The notes under the pieces: model-generated
Databases searched by the model: none
What the model was told of the DNA's origin: nothing
Seen by the model: only the letters and a program-made list of their open reading frames with translations
Translations under genes and position numbers: made by a program
Source: Octopus vulgaris
Taxonomy: Eukaryota
Direction: 5' to 3'
Assembly (NCBI GenBank): GCA_951406725.2
Contig: OX597828.1
Coordinates: 22,630,001-22,694,000, forward strand
DNA length: 64,000 bases
Shown: in pieces, positions 1 to 14,380 of the stretch
Numbering within the stretch: position 1 is the first letter of the stretch
Layout: every line of letters begins with the position of its first letter

Positions 1-583
1 TACTACCACCACCACTACTACTACTTACTACTACCACTACTACTACAATTACAACTTATGACTACTACCTCCCACACAAACATCATAGTATCATTACACT
101 ACTACCACCGAAGCTATAAAGTTCCGCCAATACACTACTACCACAACAACTACTACCGCCATCAATACCACCACCGCTGCCCCTGCTGCCACAACTTCAT
201 CGCGAACCCCCACCCCCACACCGCTGCAGCCTCACCAGCACAGCTACAACCAGTACTACTACCACCTTTACTGTTACTACCGCTACACCCTGGACTTTTT
301 TTTACAATAACCACACCAATGATCTACTACTACTACTGCTAATATTGCTGCTAATACGACTACCACAACTACTACTACTACTACTACCACGACTACTATT
401 ACTACTGCTACGACTACCACCATTACTACTGCTGCTGCTACTACTACTACTACTATTAGTACTATTACTACTGCTTCAATTACTACTACTTCTACTACTA
501 CCACTACTACTACTATTACCACTACTGCTGCTGCAACTACTACTACGACCACCGCCTCCACCACCACTACTGCAGCTGTTGCG

Positions 584-659
<76 letters not shown>

Positions 660-716
660 GTAGTAGTAGTAGTTTGTTTTATTTGCCACAAGGACATCAT
701 AGAATAATTATTTTAA

Positions 717-778
<62 letters not shown>

Positions 779-937
779 GTTCCGATACAAATGCCAGACT
801 TACAACCGGTGATAGTACATCTATTATATCTGCTACTACTACTACTTCTACTGCTATTACAACTAAGGCTATAAATACAACAACAAAAACTCCACATACT
901 TATGCCACTACAACCACTACCACCACCACCACCACCA

Positions 938-971
<34 letters not shown>

Positions 972-1135
972 CACTGCAATTAATACTACGAATACCAACT
1001 GTACTGATACTGCAGAACGATAGCTGATGCTGAAGTAAATACGGCAGAAGGACCGAAAAAATTTGTATTGTAGCAAAGTTTAAACGTTCACAAAAACAAG
1101 AACACCACCACCACCGCCACCACTGCCACTGCTAT

Positions 1136-1178
<43 letters not shown>

Positions 1179-1180
1179 GC
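1..1180. repeat. Compound trinucleotide microsatellite region (CTA/CCA/CTG)n with (TAA)n and (TAG)n segments
   Basis: Long CTACTACTA runs (e.g. 585-625, 718-778, 1137-1178) with degenerate interruptions; source of the poly-L/V/S/T ORFs. Confidence 0.95.
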
Positions 1181-1314
1181 AACTGGAGAAGTGCCTTCTG
1201 CGGCGACAACTTCAAGGAAAGCATTACGAGAACAAGAGGGGGAAAAAAAACTACACGTACATACACACAGACACACACACATGCGGAGTTAAGAGAAACG
1301 TGCGACGAGTTACG

Positions 1315-1527
1315 GAGAGAGAAAGGAAGAAGGGAAGGAAGGAAGGAAAGGAAGGAAGGAAAGGAAAGGAAGGAAGGAAGGAAGGAAGGAAGGAAGGAAG
1401 GAAGGAAGGAAGGAAGGAATGGACACAGTGTAAGAGGAAAAGAAAGAGTGAGAGAGAGAGGGAAAGATAACAGGTGGAGATAAAGAGGCTGATGGAGTCC
1501 TAGCAAGTTAGTAAGATTGGTAGATAG

Positions 1528-1562
<35 letters not shown>

Positions 1563-1920
1563 ACGTGAATGAAGGTAGAAACTGAGAGAGAAAGGGTAAT
1601 ATATATATATATACATATATATATATGGATAGCGAGAGAGAGAGGGTGAGGGAGACGACACATATAGAGAGAGGAAGTGAGTGAGAAGAGAAAGGGAGAT
1701 GTGGACGGGTGACGAAGGGGTAGATAAGAAGTGAAGAAGTGTGTGAGAAAGAAAGAAGGAAAGAAAGTGAGCGAGTGTGAAGGACAATTAGACAGACATA
1801 AAATGAGACAGACTTGGGAAAGAGATTGAGACGGAACGAGAGTGAGGAAGGAATTTAGAGTGGGACAGAGCAATCCAGAAAGTGAGAGAGATAAAAGAAG
1901 ATATATATATATATATGTAG

Positions 1921-1951
<31 letters not shown>

Positions 1952-2036
1952 GATAAGAAAAAAAAAAGCAGAGTGAGAGAGTGTGAGTGAGAAGAAAAGT
2001 CGAAGGAGAGGGGCTCAGTAAAAGCTAGAGTGGGAC

Positions 2037-2067
<31 letters not shown>

Positions 2068-2340
2068 GAGAACGAGAGAGAGAGAGAGAGAGACCCTTGG
2101 GAGTGCTTGGGTAAGCTAGAGTGAGACAGACAGACTGTGAGCGCAGATTGCGAGAGAGACGAAGAGAGACAGAGAGCTAGAGAGGGCCATTAAGAGCTAT
2201 AGCGAAGTAGAGAGGTTCGGAGATAACCAAAGTGAGTGAGAAAGACAGAGGGTGTGAGAGAGAGGAGAGGGAGCCATATTACGACAGAGAGAACCAGGTA
2301 GAGGAGACAAGGAGAGTTAGCGAGCGAGAGAACGAGATTC
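1315..2340 (+). promoter_or_regulatory. Purine-strand-biased (GGAA)n/(GAAA)n/(GA)n region upstream of the start codon; probable promoter/5'UTR
   Basis: About 1 kb of almost pure purine strand with GAGAG repeats ending at the ATG at 2353. The repeat is seen directly; regulatory function is inferred from position only. Confidence 0.4.
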
Positions 2341-2352
2341 GGTTCATTGAAT

Positions 2353-2970
2353 ATGGCGCAGAACAGCAGCGAGTCCCACCTACGTGTACATATCCGAGTA
2401 TTGTACGCTCTTATATGTACATTGATTGTCGTTATCTTTGCCGGCCTATGGATTACACACAACCAGGTAAAACATCTGAGAGAGGAGAGAAGAACCAGGG
2501 AAATTCTAGCAAAAAGAGAAGTGATCGAATTCCGTATAGTTGAAGATGAAGGGAGCGACAGCGTCAAAATTGAACCGATATCAACCACGAAAAGATATAC
2601 TTTGGTAAACCCAGATAAGGACAGCGATTACACTTACAACAGCAATGATAAAAAAGGCAACAGGAATGTCAACAATGAGAGCAATAAGTATGATGGTGAT
2701 GATAATAATAATGATGATGATAATAATAGTAATAATAACAACAACAAAAATAGTAATAATGACAACATGTACCAACATAGAAAAAGAAAACATAACAATA
2801 CTTCACAGGTAGTTGGTTTCTTTGAATCTGAATTGGATAGCGTGTCGGATGGAGGTGATAAAAGTGACACGGTGACAAACCGCCGTAAACGTCAAGTTGA
2901 TATGGGCACCGACAGAGGAGACACAGATTTACCTGACTATGTCTGGCTTACGTCTTACTCAAGAATTCCA
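2353..2970 (+). CDS. First coding exon (206 codons) of a type II transmembrane protein, probably a colmedin/gliomedin-like or MACIT-type transmembrane collagen
   Basis: ATG at 2353 in good context (gaatATGG). [15 protein letters not shown], hydrophobic [19 protein letters not shown] (aa16-34), charged coiled-coil-like [21 protein letters not shown]-rich stalk, furin site RRKR (2881-2892), then [12 protein letters not shown] ending at a canonical phase-0 donor CCA|GTAAGT (2971). I recall the (V)xFF...WLTSYSRIP motif from invertebrate colmedins just before the collagen domain; the family call is from memory and less certain than the exon. Confidence 0.85.
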
Positions 2971-3125
2971 GTAAGTTTGATAAAAAAATATATATATATA
3001 ATTTTTTTTAATTCTTTCTTCTTCTTGTTCATTTTCTTGTGTTTCTTTTTATTCCTTCCTGGTCATCTTTTATTTCAACAATCATCGGTAAACGAAATAA
3101 AATTTTTAAAAAATGACTTTATCCG

Positions 3126-4413
<1,288 letters not shown>

Positions 4414-4633
4414 GGCTATCAATCCTCAGTATGTCGTAATCATGAAGTGCAATGCCAGCATTCATATAACTTTTTGTATATTATTTCTTAATAGCATTCT
4501 ATGTCAATATATTTGTGTATATGAAATGTCTCTTTTATATATAAAGTGAGGTCTATATGATTTATTTTTCCATACACAGGGACACATATACAAACCTAAA
4601 TGTATACGTGTATACATCTATATACTTATATTT

Positions 4634-4689
<56 letters not shown>

Positions 4690-5104
4690 ACATATATATA
4701 AATGTACATATATGTGTGTGTGTATGTATATATATACATGTTTATATATTATGTTTTGAGCATCGTAAGGAAGAGGGTTACCGAAACATTTGGAGTATAT
4801 ATTTTGCGGGTGTATACATACTTCTGCATAAGTCAACACTGAGTTTGTTTCATGGCATATATGTATTGTATGTACACACACACATTCAAAGACACTCACA
4901 TTCATTCATAAAATTATATATATATATATACATATATACATACACACAAATATAGACTTAAATATGTAGGAGATGTAAATAAGTGTATGTTTACATATGT
5001 ACATACAAGTGAGTTTATGCATACGTGTAGCTATACATGCATACACATAGACCTATGTATGTATGTATATATATATATATTTATATACACACAGACCTAT
5101 ATAG

Positions 5105-5139
<35 letters not shown>

Positions 5140-5813
5140 TATATACTTATATGTAAACTCCTACATGTATACATGTGTACAACTGAACGCGACTGTTCTG
5201 TAATACAGATACCGACATGTAGTGACGAAATATAGTTTTTGCAACACGTGCATATTCTATACTTGTATGAATGCGTGCATATATACAAACCTAACAATTC
5301 CTCTCGCTCTCTTCCAAACACAAAACATACAAACAAAAACGGCCACACACACACACACACATACACACACACACACACACATAGACACACACACACACAC
5401 CTCACCTGCACCCATACAGAAACCTGTATAGCGATATATCATAAATTAACGATGCTTCGAAAGTAATTTTTAAAGGCACTACGCGTGAAGGTGTTATTTT
5501 GTTTTCCTTTCGCTGTATTTTATTTTTTTTTACATATTTTTATCTGTATGTCATTCATAGCCTAAATATATGTAGTATACCAAATCATTTCAAAGGTGAG
5601 AAAGATAGTGAAGTGCTCCAGCATGAGCAGAATCGAGTGGATGTTAAAACAGAGAAAGGGATGAAAATAAACTCAAGCGAAAATATAATTTTTTGTACAC
5701 ATACTGGCAGTGTCCCAGTATGGCCGCAGCCTCAAGGCTGAAATATATGAAAGGATAAGAGAACAAAATAATAAACACACAAAAAAAGCCGCGCGCGCAC
5801 ACACACGTAAACA

Positions 5814-5860
<47 letters not shown>

Positions 5861-6059
5861 ATGTGTGTGTGTGTTTGTGTGTGCGAGCGCACACACATCG
5901 CATTATATATTTACACGTGTATCGATACACCGATTTTCAAATAACATTGCATCTATCAATCCATCTATATATTTAGCTAGCTAGATATCTATCTGTCAAC
6001 CAATATATCTTTTCTACATTAGCCCTTCCCACCCTATCTCTCTCGCTCTTCTTCCTTTT

Positions 6060-6155
<96 letters not shown>

Positions 6156-6336
6156 GTATGTGTGTATAATTATATATATATATATATATAAATTTATATA
6201 TGTACACACACACACACGAACACACACACACATATATATATATACGTATTTCTCTAAATATCCATATATATACACACACACATACGTACATTTGTGTATC
6301 TATCTTTTGCTCTATCTATATATCTATCTCTCTTTC

Positions 6337-6390
<54 letters not shown>

Positions 6391-6833
6391 TACACATATA
6401 TACGCACAAATGTATTGTCACTCATGCACACACACCTATGTATATATACATATAAATGTATATATATAAGTATATGCATGTATGTATGTATGTATATATG
6501 TATGTATGTATGTATGTAAACATGTATATATATGTATACACATGTTTGCAACATATAAACATAAACGTGTGTGTGTGTGTGTGTATGATGTTTGCGTGTT
6601 TGTTTTAGCGTGTTTCTTTGTCCGTGTGTCTGTGTGTCTGTTTGTAATGGTATTTAAATATCGGGATGCGAACAACAAAATTCCGAAATGTCTTTAAGAA
6701 AAAAGCCACTTGAACTGTGAGAATCGGCACAAGTTTTCACTCAGTTTTGCGACACCTGCTGTGTGACATATATATATATACATATATATACATATATATA
6801 TACGTATAGATGTATTTACACGCAAACGCACGC

Positions 6834-6888
<55 letters not shown>

Positions 6889-7161
6889 TAGATAGATAGA
6901 TATACGTCATTAAGTATGGATGAATGAACGTCGTCATACGCGTACAGAGAAACAAAAAAGAAGAAAAGAAAAATGGATATGTGTGCACTCATACACATAC
7001 AGACATATATGCGTATATATACCTGTACATATATCTACACACACATACATATAGGTATATGTATGCACATATTTACACATGCGTATCTACTAATGCCTGT
7101 ACTCATGCGTGTTACTGACATACGCACACAGATATGTGTATATATTTATATATCAATCTGT

Positions 7162-7246
<85 letters not shown>

Positions 7247-7248
7247 CA

Positions 7249-7279
<31 letters not shown>

Positions 7280-7362
7280 GTGTGTGTGTGTATGGCGGAG
7301 CCACAGCATGGCCAGAGCTTATAAGCTGAAACTATATCAAACCAAATCATGTATGTGTATAT

Positions 7363-7400
<38 letters not shown>

Positions 7401-7984
7401 TGTAAGCTTTTTTCGTATGTAGGCATGTATATATTCTCTTTTTTCTTCTATTTTTCTTTGCAGTCCGAAGGCTGCGGCCAACGGGGTCCCGGCCATTTTG
7501 CTTGCTACCCTTTTCCTAGCAAAGGAAACGTCGGTGTCCCAGCACGGCCGCGCACACAACTACACAAATACATTCAAACCCATATATTTATCCAATCTTC
7601 TTTTGGTTGCATCTTTGTCTTTGAGCTATGATTTTATAAACAGACAGGGTATTCCACAGAGTGCTCGACTCTATTTCACTGCTCGTTTACAATTTCTACA
7701 TAAGTAAATATAAACAATATACTGGCCCCAGCACACCACGATTACAGGGCATCAATCCTACCCTTGAGAAATTACCAATTCGAAATTCATTATGTAATGT
7801 TATAAATATATAGACCCGAGCACCAAAGTGATCTCTTTTTTGTATTATGTGACATTTGTATATTCTATTTTCTTTTTATATCATTTGTTGTTTTATTGCA
7901 GTTATTGTCTTTCGAATTGGAAATCTTTGACAGCTTCACAAACTTGTCTGGAAACTTTACCAGTTGTACATGTTTTCCTTTATG

Positions 7985-8072
<88 letters not shown>

Positions 8073-8081
8073 TTAAATAAA

Positions 8082-8118
<37 letters not shown>

Positions 8119-8302
8119 CATACATACATACACACATCAAGATCGTTACGCACCCACATATATGTATACATCTATATATATATATATACATGTATGTATA
8201 TAAGTATATATATAGTGTGTATTTCTATGCATGTATATGTGTATATGTAAAAATATATATATATACATACATATATATCTATATATACATATATATTTAC
8301 AT

Positions 8303-8339
<37 letters not shown>

Positions 8340-8668
8340 CACATATGTATATCTACATATGCATATACTTATACGTATTTAAATGAAGCGGATCAGGGTG
8401 AACCTTGTTGAAAAAGATTGCATTAACTTATATACATACATACATGCATTTCTTGAGCACGCACACCAATAAGCCATTGTACTGAAATGCAAGTCAGGAA
8501 GTGAATTTAATCACATATGTATTTATTCACTCACCTATACACGCATATGCACGCGCAAATATACACATGTTTTTACAAACGTCCCATGCTAATGTGCGTA
8601 TGCGTTTGCATAAACGGCTCAGCACGAACGTGCTTTTACTTGGAGTTTCATCTCATGAAATATACAAC

Positions 8669-8718
<50 letters not shown>

Positions 8719-9014
8719 TATGTGTGTGCGTGTGTGTGACAGTGTGTATATTTGTACCCTCACTAGCAGCGACTACCGAAACACATCAATGGCTTGGAGG
8801 GTTGTCATCTGAGTGATTCAAAGTAGACATCCACCGTTAGTAGGGGAACGCCAACAAATGTTGGATGGAGTACATGCTGTCACAACGCATGTCCCCATTC
8901 TACTACATCAACTGAATGCTCACCAATAAAAGCGCTGGAGCAACCCACCCTCGTGTATATTTCTTTTGGGTAATGGGTGAGGGTTCACTTCCTTCTCTCG
9001 CTGATTTTTTTTTT

Positions 9015-9140
9015 CTCTCCGCCTTTTCTGACGAAGAGCGTACTATCAAAACGTCGAAAACTTTCCCATTCCCCACCAGCGTTACAGTAATACACCTGTT
9101 TGCTGTCTTCGGATTTTGTTTTCTGGAAATTTGAACTATA
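9015..9140 (+). mobile_element. Penelope-like element terminal remnant with a degenerate minimal hammerhead ribozyme
   Basis: TTTT-CTGACGA-AGAGCGTACTATC-AAAA-CGTC-GAAAA at 9024-9060: CUGANGA core, palindromic ACGT stem III, short stem I (TTTT/GAAA). The GAAA box is mutated to AAAA. Confidence 0.55.
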
Positions 9141-9405
9141 CACATGTATGTATGTATGTATGTTTGTGCGTGCGTGTGTGTGTGTATGTGTGTGTGCGTG
9201 CGTGTGTATATGTGTATTTCTTCTATCGCAAAGCTGAGGTAAGCTGGGTGTAATCGTTTAGCTGGAGGCAAGTGTTCAACTGGTGATTACTTTATTCCAA
9301 CAGGAAACAATTAAGGGCAAAGACGTCCTCAGTGGCGTATGATACACACACACACGTTCTACCTAATAAAAGTCTAATACGAAATCCATCTCCTGTCAAT
9401 TACTG

Positions 9406-9469
<64 letters not shown>

Positions 9470-9520
9470 GTATATGTGTATGTATATATATATATATATA
9501 TATATACGTGTGTGTGTATG

Positions 9521-9551
<31 letters not shown>

Positions 9552-9580
9552 ATATAAATAATTATATATGTGTGTGTGTA

Positions 9581-9758
9581 TATAAATATCATGCATGCAT
9601 GTATGTATGTATATATATATATATATATATACATATCTATATATGCGTATATATATATACTCAATCGTCTCTCTCTCCCTCTCTCTCTATATATATATAT
9701 ATGTATATATATATACATATACATGTACATATATATATACATATACATATATATATAC

Positions 9759-9818
<60 letters not shown>

Positions 9819-9934
9819 GTATATATATATACATATATATACATATAGAGAGAGTCGATTGAGTATATACATATATACGCATATATAGATATGTATATAT
9901 GTATATATATATATACATGCATGCATATTTATAT
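9581..9934. repeat. Inverted duplication around a (TA)n core
   Basis: 9581-9676 (tataaatatcatgcatgcat...catatctatatatgcgtata...actcaatcg) is reverse-complementary to 9847-9934 (cgattgagt...tatacgcatatatagatatg...atgcatgcatatttata). Confidence 0.85.
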
Positions 9935-10329
9935 ATATATACATGCAAACATACATGCATGCGTGCATGTATACTTGCATGCGTGCATGCATAATTGCAT
10001 GCGTGCATACATACATACATACATACATATCTATATATCGTAATCTGCATATATACATATATATATATGTGTGAAAATATCTGTTATGAAGTGTCGTAAT
10101 TCATCTCAGTGTCTGTGCGTGCGTATGATAATTAGAGCCCTAATGACCCCTGCCAGGTGGTACCTGCGTGCTGGGCAGTGTGTAACTGCTGCAGATGATA
10201 ATTGTAGTGGTTCTGATAGATGTTCCACCGGTTTTATTGTTCAGAATTCAGTTGTAATAGACAGAAAGCATGTTCTGTGGCAGTGGGTCGCTCTATCCAC
10301 TACTTGTCACTGCATTCTCTAATCCAGGT

Positions 10330-10900
10330 GGATGCTTTCTTTGCACCACTCAGGTGGTGAACCCGCCAACTCATGGGTCTGTTTTGAGTAGTCGTTCCTA
10401 GTGAGGATTTTATAATGCCAGAGTGTAAATCCTTCTTCAACCACTTTTAAGCCACCTGTGACGACACGTAAGGGATATGTTGTGTTTATTTTTTGACATG
10501 TCGCTCCCCACACAGCAGTTGAGAAATTTGAAATGACCTGTTTTGCACAAGAGCACAATACGCCGCCTTGTCCAAAATTTGGACCCAAGATCTGGTGATC
10601 ACGAATCCAACTCCTGGTCGATGTCTTCTTTGCACCACTCAGGTGGTGAACCCTCCAACCCATAGGTCTATTTTGGTTAATCGTTGCTAGTAAAGGTTTT
10701 AAGATGCTAGAGTTTAAATCCTACCTCAATCCTGTTTTAGATGCCTCTGATGACACATAGAGAAAATGTATCTTTTCGTTGACAAGCCGGTCCCCACCCG
10801 GCACTTGAGCAACTTGAAATGGCCCTTTTTTTGCACACATGTTGCCCGATCCAAAAGTCGGTCTTACGTTCTAGTGATCGTGAGTGCAACATCCGAACCT
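10330..10900. repeat. Diverged ~290-bp direct duplication of a non-simple sequence
   Basis: TTCTTTGCACCACTCAGGTGGTGAACCC at ~10337 and ~10626, with continued similarity through ...gagtgtaaatcct.../...gagtttaaatcct... and ...gaaatgacctgttttgcaca.../...gaaatggcccttttttgcaca... Confidence 0.8.
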
Positions 10901-10964
10901 CTAGGCTGCGCTCCATCATTGGTTGGATGCTCCGCAGTTCTACTTGTGAATCTACCGTGTAAAT

Positions 10965-11259
10965 CAATGGTTCCCAAACTTTTTAGGGCTGTTACTACCT
11001 TGTCAACTAGGCCACATTCCTAGCGCCCTCACTCCAACTAACCATCACAAACATAGACCTCTTTCTGAAGCAAATTCAAAGCAACTGTTTTTCACAAATA
11101 AAACTTAAACTAACGAACCCATTATTTTGTTTCTACAAGAATTACTATACAATTATTGCACCAATTTTACATGAATTGCCACCCCAATTTTCTTCAACGC
11201 ACTCATGGTAATTTCCACAGCCCCCTAGGGGGTAATACCGCCCATTTTGGGAAACACTG
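10965..11259. mobile_element. hAT (Charlie-like) MITE
   Basis: TIRs CAATGGTTCCCAAA (10965) and TTTGGGAAACACTG (to 11259). Left flank GTGTAAAT fits the NTNTANAN 8-bp target; its last 5 nt (TAAAT) recur on the right. Confidence 0.7.
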
Positions 11260-11413
11260 TAAATATTTGCGTATTCCAGAGACACGTGTAGCTTTAACCG
11301 TATTTTCGTGTTGAATTAACATGATAATGAATGACAAATTTGGACAATTTAAATCATGGAGTAAATACACGTGAGGGCGCATGTGAGAGTGAGGGAAGCA
11401 GAGAGAAACACAG

Positions 11414-11468
<55 letters not shown>

Positions 11469-12007
11469 GAGAAAGAAAGAGAAAAAGAAAGAAAGACGAA
11501 TCGATCACAGTGTTGGATTGGTGCACTCATTATGGACCTCGAGAGGATGAAATGGAAATTTGGCAAGGGTAGGATTTGAACTCAGAAAACAGCTGTCACT
11601 TCATCGGTTACGACGACGAGTGTACAGTTGATCCAATCAATGGACCAGCCAGGTATGGAGCTCGTGACCTTACAATTATCAGTCGAATAGTTTACCCACT
11701 TAAGTGCTCGCTTTGACATACCGTGCAGTAAACAAATTGCCAGGAGTAATAAAGCAAGGCAGGCCATCAGTGGTTGACTAAGATTTGTTTGTTTTAATAG
11801 CATTCCTTACAGATGGTCCTACTGTGGGAGATCTTTCCCTTACAAGAATTTGTAACAGGTGTCCTGTCAAAGCATACTGTCAGTCCTGAGGTTTTACTGC
11901 TTACACAGGTTGTACAAATGACCCGGGTCCCTAGAAACTGGTCATTGGCGCCAACGGGGGCGCACTTTGTGTGAGAAAAAAAAAAGAAAAACAAATGTAA
12001 TTATCAT

Positions 12008-12135
12008 TTCTTGTATAAGAACGAGGGGCCTGAATATTTGGGGGATGGGGTGAGTCGATTACTTTGACCTCTGTGTTAATTGGGACTTATTTCTGCGACC
12101 CTGAAAGTGTGAAGGGCAAAGTTGACCTCAGCGAT
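12008..12135 (-). mobile_element. SINE family B, diverged partial copy
   Basis: Matches the reverse complement of the 60190 copy (gagtcgattactttgacc...gaaagtgtgaagggcaaagttgacctc). Confidence 0.6.
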
Positions 12136-12167
12136 AACCGGAAATTAATATAAATAATTTACATACA

Positions 12168-12472
12168 TAGACGCAGGAATGGGTGTGTGGCAAGAAGTTT
12201 CCTTCCCAGCCACGTGGTTCCGGATTCAGTCCCATTTCGTGGCACCTTGGACAAATGTCTTCCACGATAATCTCGGGTTGAACAAAATCTTGTGATTGGA
12301 TTTGGTAAACGGAAACCAATGTTGGTGCGTTTACGTAACCGTAATTTAGACTTTCGGCAAGAGAGACTAATAGGATGAATACCGGTCTTTAGAAAATGCT
12401 GGGTTCGATTCATTCCACTAGAATTCCTCAACGCAGTGCTCCAGTATAGTCGCACTCTGAGGAAGTAAAAGA
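12168..12472 (+). mobile_element. SINE family A (tRNA-derived, CORE-like motif), diverged and internally deleted
   Basis: Head ggaatgggtgtgtgg...ggattcagtccc, CCTTGGACAAATGTCTT, tail gtgctccagtatagtcgca; homologous to the 20716, 34725 and 59171 copies. Confidence 0.8.
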
Positions 12473-12505
12473 AAATATGCATGTGTCAATCTTTGTGTAT
12501 ACATT

Positions 12506-12884
12506 GGCGTGTGGAGGCATAGTGGTTAGGGCAAGGACTCGGGAACGTAGCATTGTGGTTTCGATTCCCAGACCGGGCTTTCTGAGTGTTTATTGTGCGA
12601 AACCCCGAAAGCTATACGAGGGTCTGGCAGGGGGTGATGGCGAACCCTGCTATATTCTTTCACCACAAATTTCCCTCACTCTTTCTTCCTATTTCTGTTG
12701 TACCTGTATTTCAAAGGGCCAGCCTTGTCACACTCTGTGTCACGCTGAATCTCCCCGAGAACTACGTTAAGGGTACACGTGTCTGTGGAGCGCTTGTCCA
12801 CATGCACGTTAATTTCACGAGCAGGCTGTGCCGTTGATCGGATCAACTGGAACCCTCGTCGCCGAAAAACCGACGGAGTGCCAC
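12506..12884 (+). mobile_element. SINE family D (tRNA-derived), full length with TSD
   Basis: A-box-like GGCATAGTGG and B-box-like GGTTTCGATTCCC; flanked by TTTGTGTATACATTG (12492) and TTTGTGTATATATTG (12891). Its 3' half recurs inverted at 28720-28890. Confidence 0.8.
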
Positions 12885-12986
12885 GATATATTTGTGTATA
12901 TATTGTGTGCGTATAGGTTTGTTTGAGTATGAAATAATGTATAATGATGGTAAGTGCTTGAGTGTATGAGTAAATATGCGCGCTTG

Positions 12987-13017
<31 letters not shown>

Positions 13018-13186
13018 TTGCTTGAGTCTATGAAAGTATAAATATATTTGGAAACAAGTCCACGTTAAATTTTTCTTTACATCAACATAAAATTTCACAC
13101 GTGAAATCCGCAATGACATTTAAACATACATATACGTAAGTGTATGTATGTATATATATGCATGATATATTTATATATTTATACAT

Positions 13187-13258
<72 letters not shown>

Positions 13259-13691
13259 TAAATCTTTGTGTCCGCTGATGTGTGTGTTTGTGCGTGTGTA
13301 TGTACACATATATACACTCACACACACTTGCATCTTGATTTAAAATTTCGAATTTGTATACATTCCAGTATACACAAAGTTGGACGTGTGTGTAAATATT
13401 TAGAAAGCGACCATCTGCACACACAACACACACAGAACACGCGACGGAGCCACCGACAGACAAACACACAGATACAGAGACACGCGCGCGCATACATATT
13501 GCCATGTGATTTTTACAAAAATCATGAATAGACTGGACCGAATTTTTGTTTGTGTGTATTAGTGTGTATTAGTGTTTGTGTCGGTGTCGGTAGAAGTCCA
13601 TAGAAAGTCGATAAGCACGTCATTATTGTTAGTTAACCAATATGTTTTGTAAAACAGCAGAGAAAGTGACGGCGGAAAATGAATGACTGCC

Positions 13692-14011
13692 AGAGATAGA
13701 TAGAGGCGGATACGTAGATAGATATAGGTAGAGAGATATATAGGTAGAGAGATATACATAGACAGGGATAGATAGAAAGACAGAGATAGATAGATATAGG
13801 TAGAGAGATATATAGACAGATATACATAGACAGGGATAGATAGAGAGACAGAGATAGATAGATATAGATAGAGAGATAGATGTAGATACATAGATATAGA
13901 CAGGTAGATATAGGTAGACAGAGATAGCTAGATAGACACATATATACAGACAGATAGATAGATAGACAGATATATAGATAGATAAATAGATAGATACATA
14001 GATAGATAAAC

Positions 14012-14066
<55 letters not shown>

Positions 14067-14076
14067 GATAGGTAGG

Positions 14077-14108
<32 letters not shown>

Positions 14109-14219
14109 GATAGGCAGATAGATAGATAAATAGATAGATAGAGATAGGCAGATAGATAGATAGAGATAGGCAGATAGATAGATAGGCAAATAGGTAGGCA
14201 GACAGACAGACAGACAGAC

Positions 14220-14265
<46 letters not shown>

Positions 14266-14311
14266 GCAAATAGGTAGGCAGACAGACAGACAGGCAGACA
14301 GACAGACAGAC

Positions 14312-14378
<67 letters not shown>

Positions 14379-14380
14379 GA
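13692..14380. repeat. (GATA)n/(GACA)n tetranucleotide array
   Basis: About 690 bp of GATA with GACA/GGCA variants; source of the YLSI/SIYL ORFs. Confidence 0.95.

Noticed and set aside
2190-2588. Overlapping ORFs 2232..2543 (+) and 2190..2588 (-)
   Set aside because: Non-ATG starts, shadows of the real exon and the GA-rich leader, no recognisable motifs.
7464-7631. Strong-looking acceptor followed by [14 protein letters not shown]... as exon 2
   Set aside because: Sequence derives from inverted SINE-tail motifs (ggctgcggcc / cccagcacggccgc); no sustained Gly-X-Y and no convincing donor before the stop.
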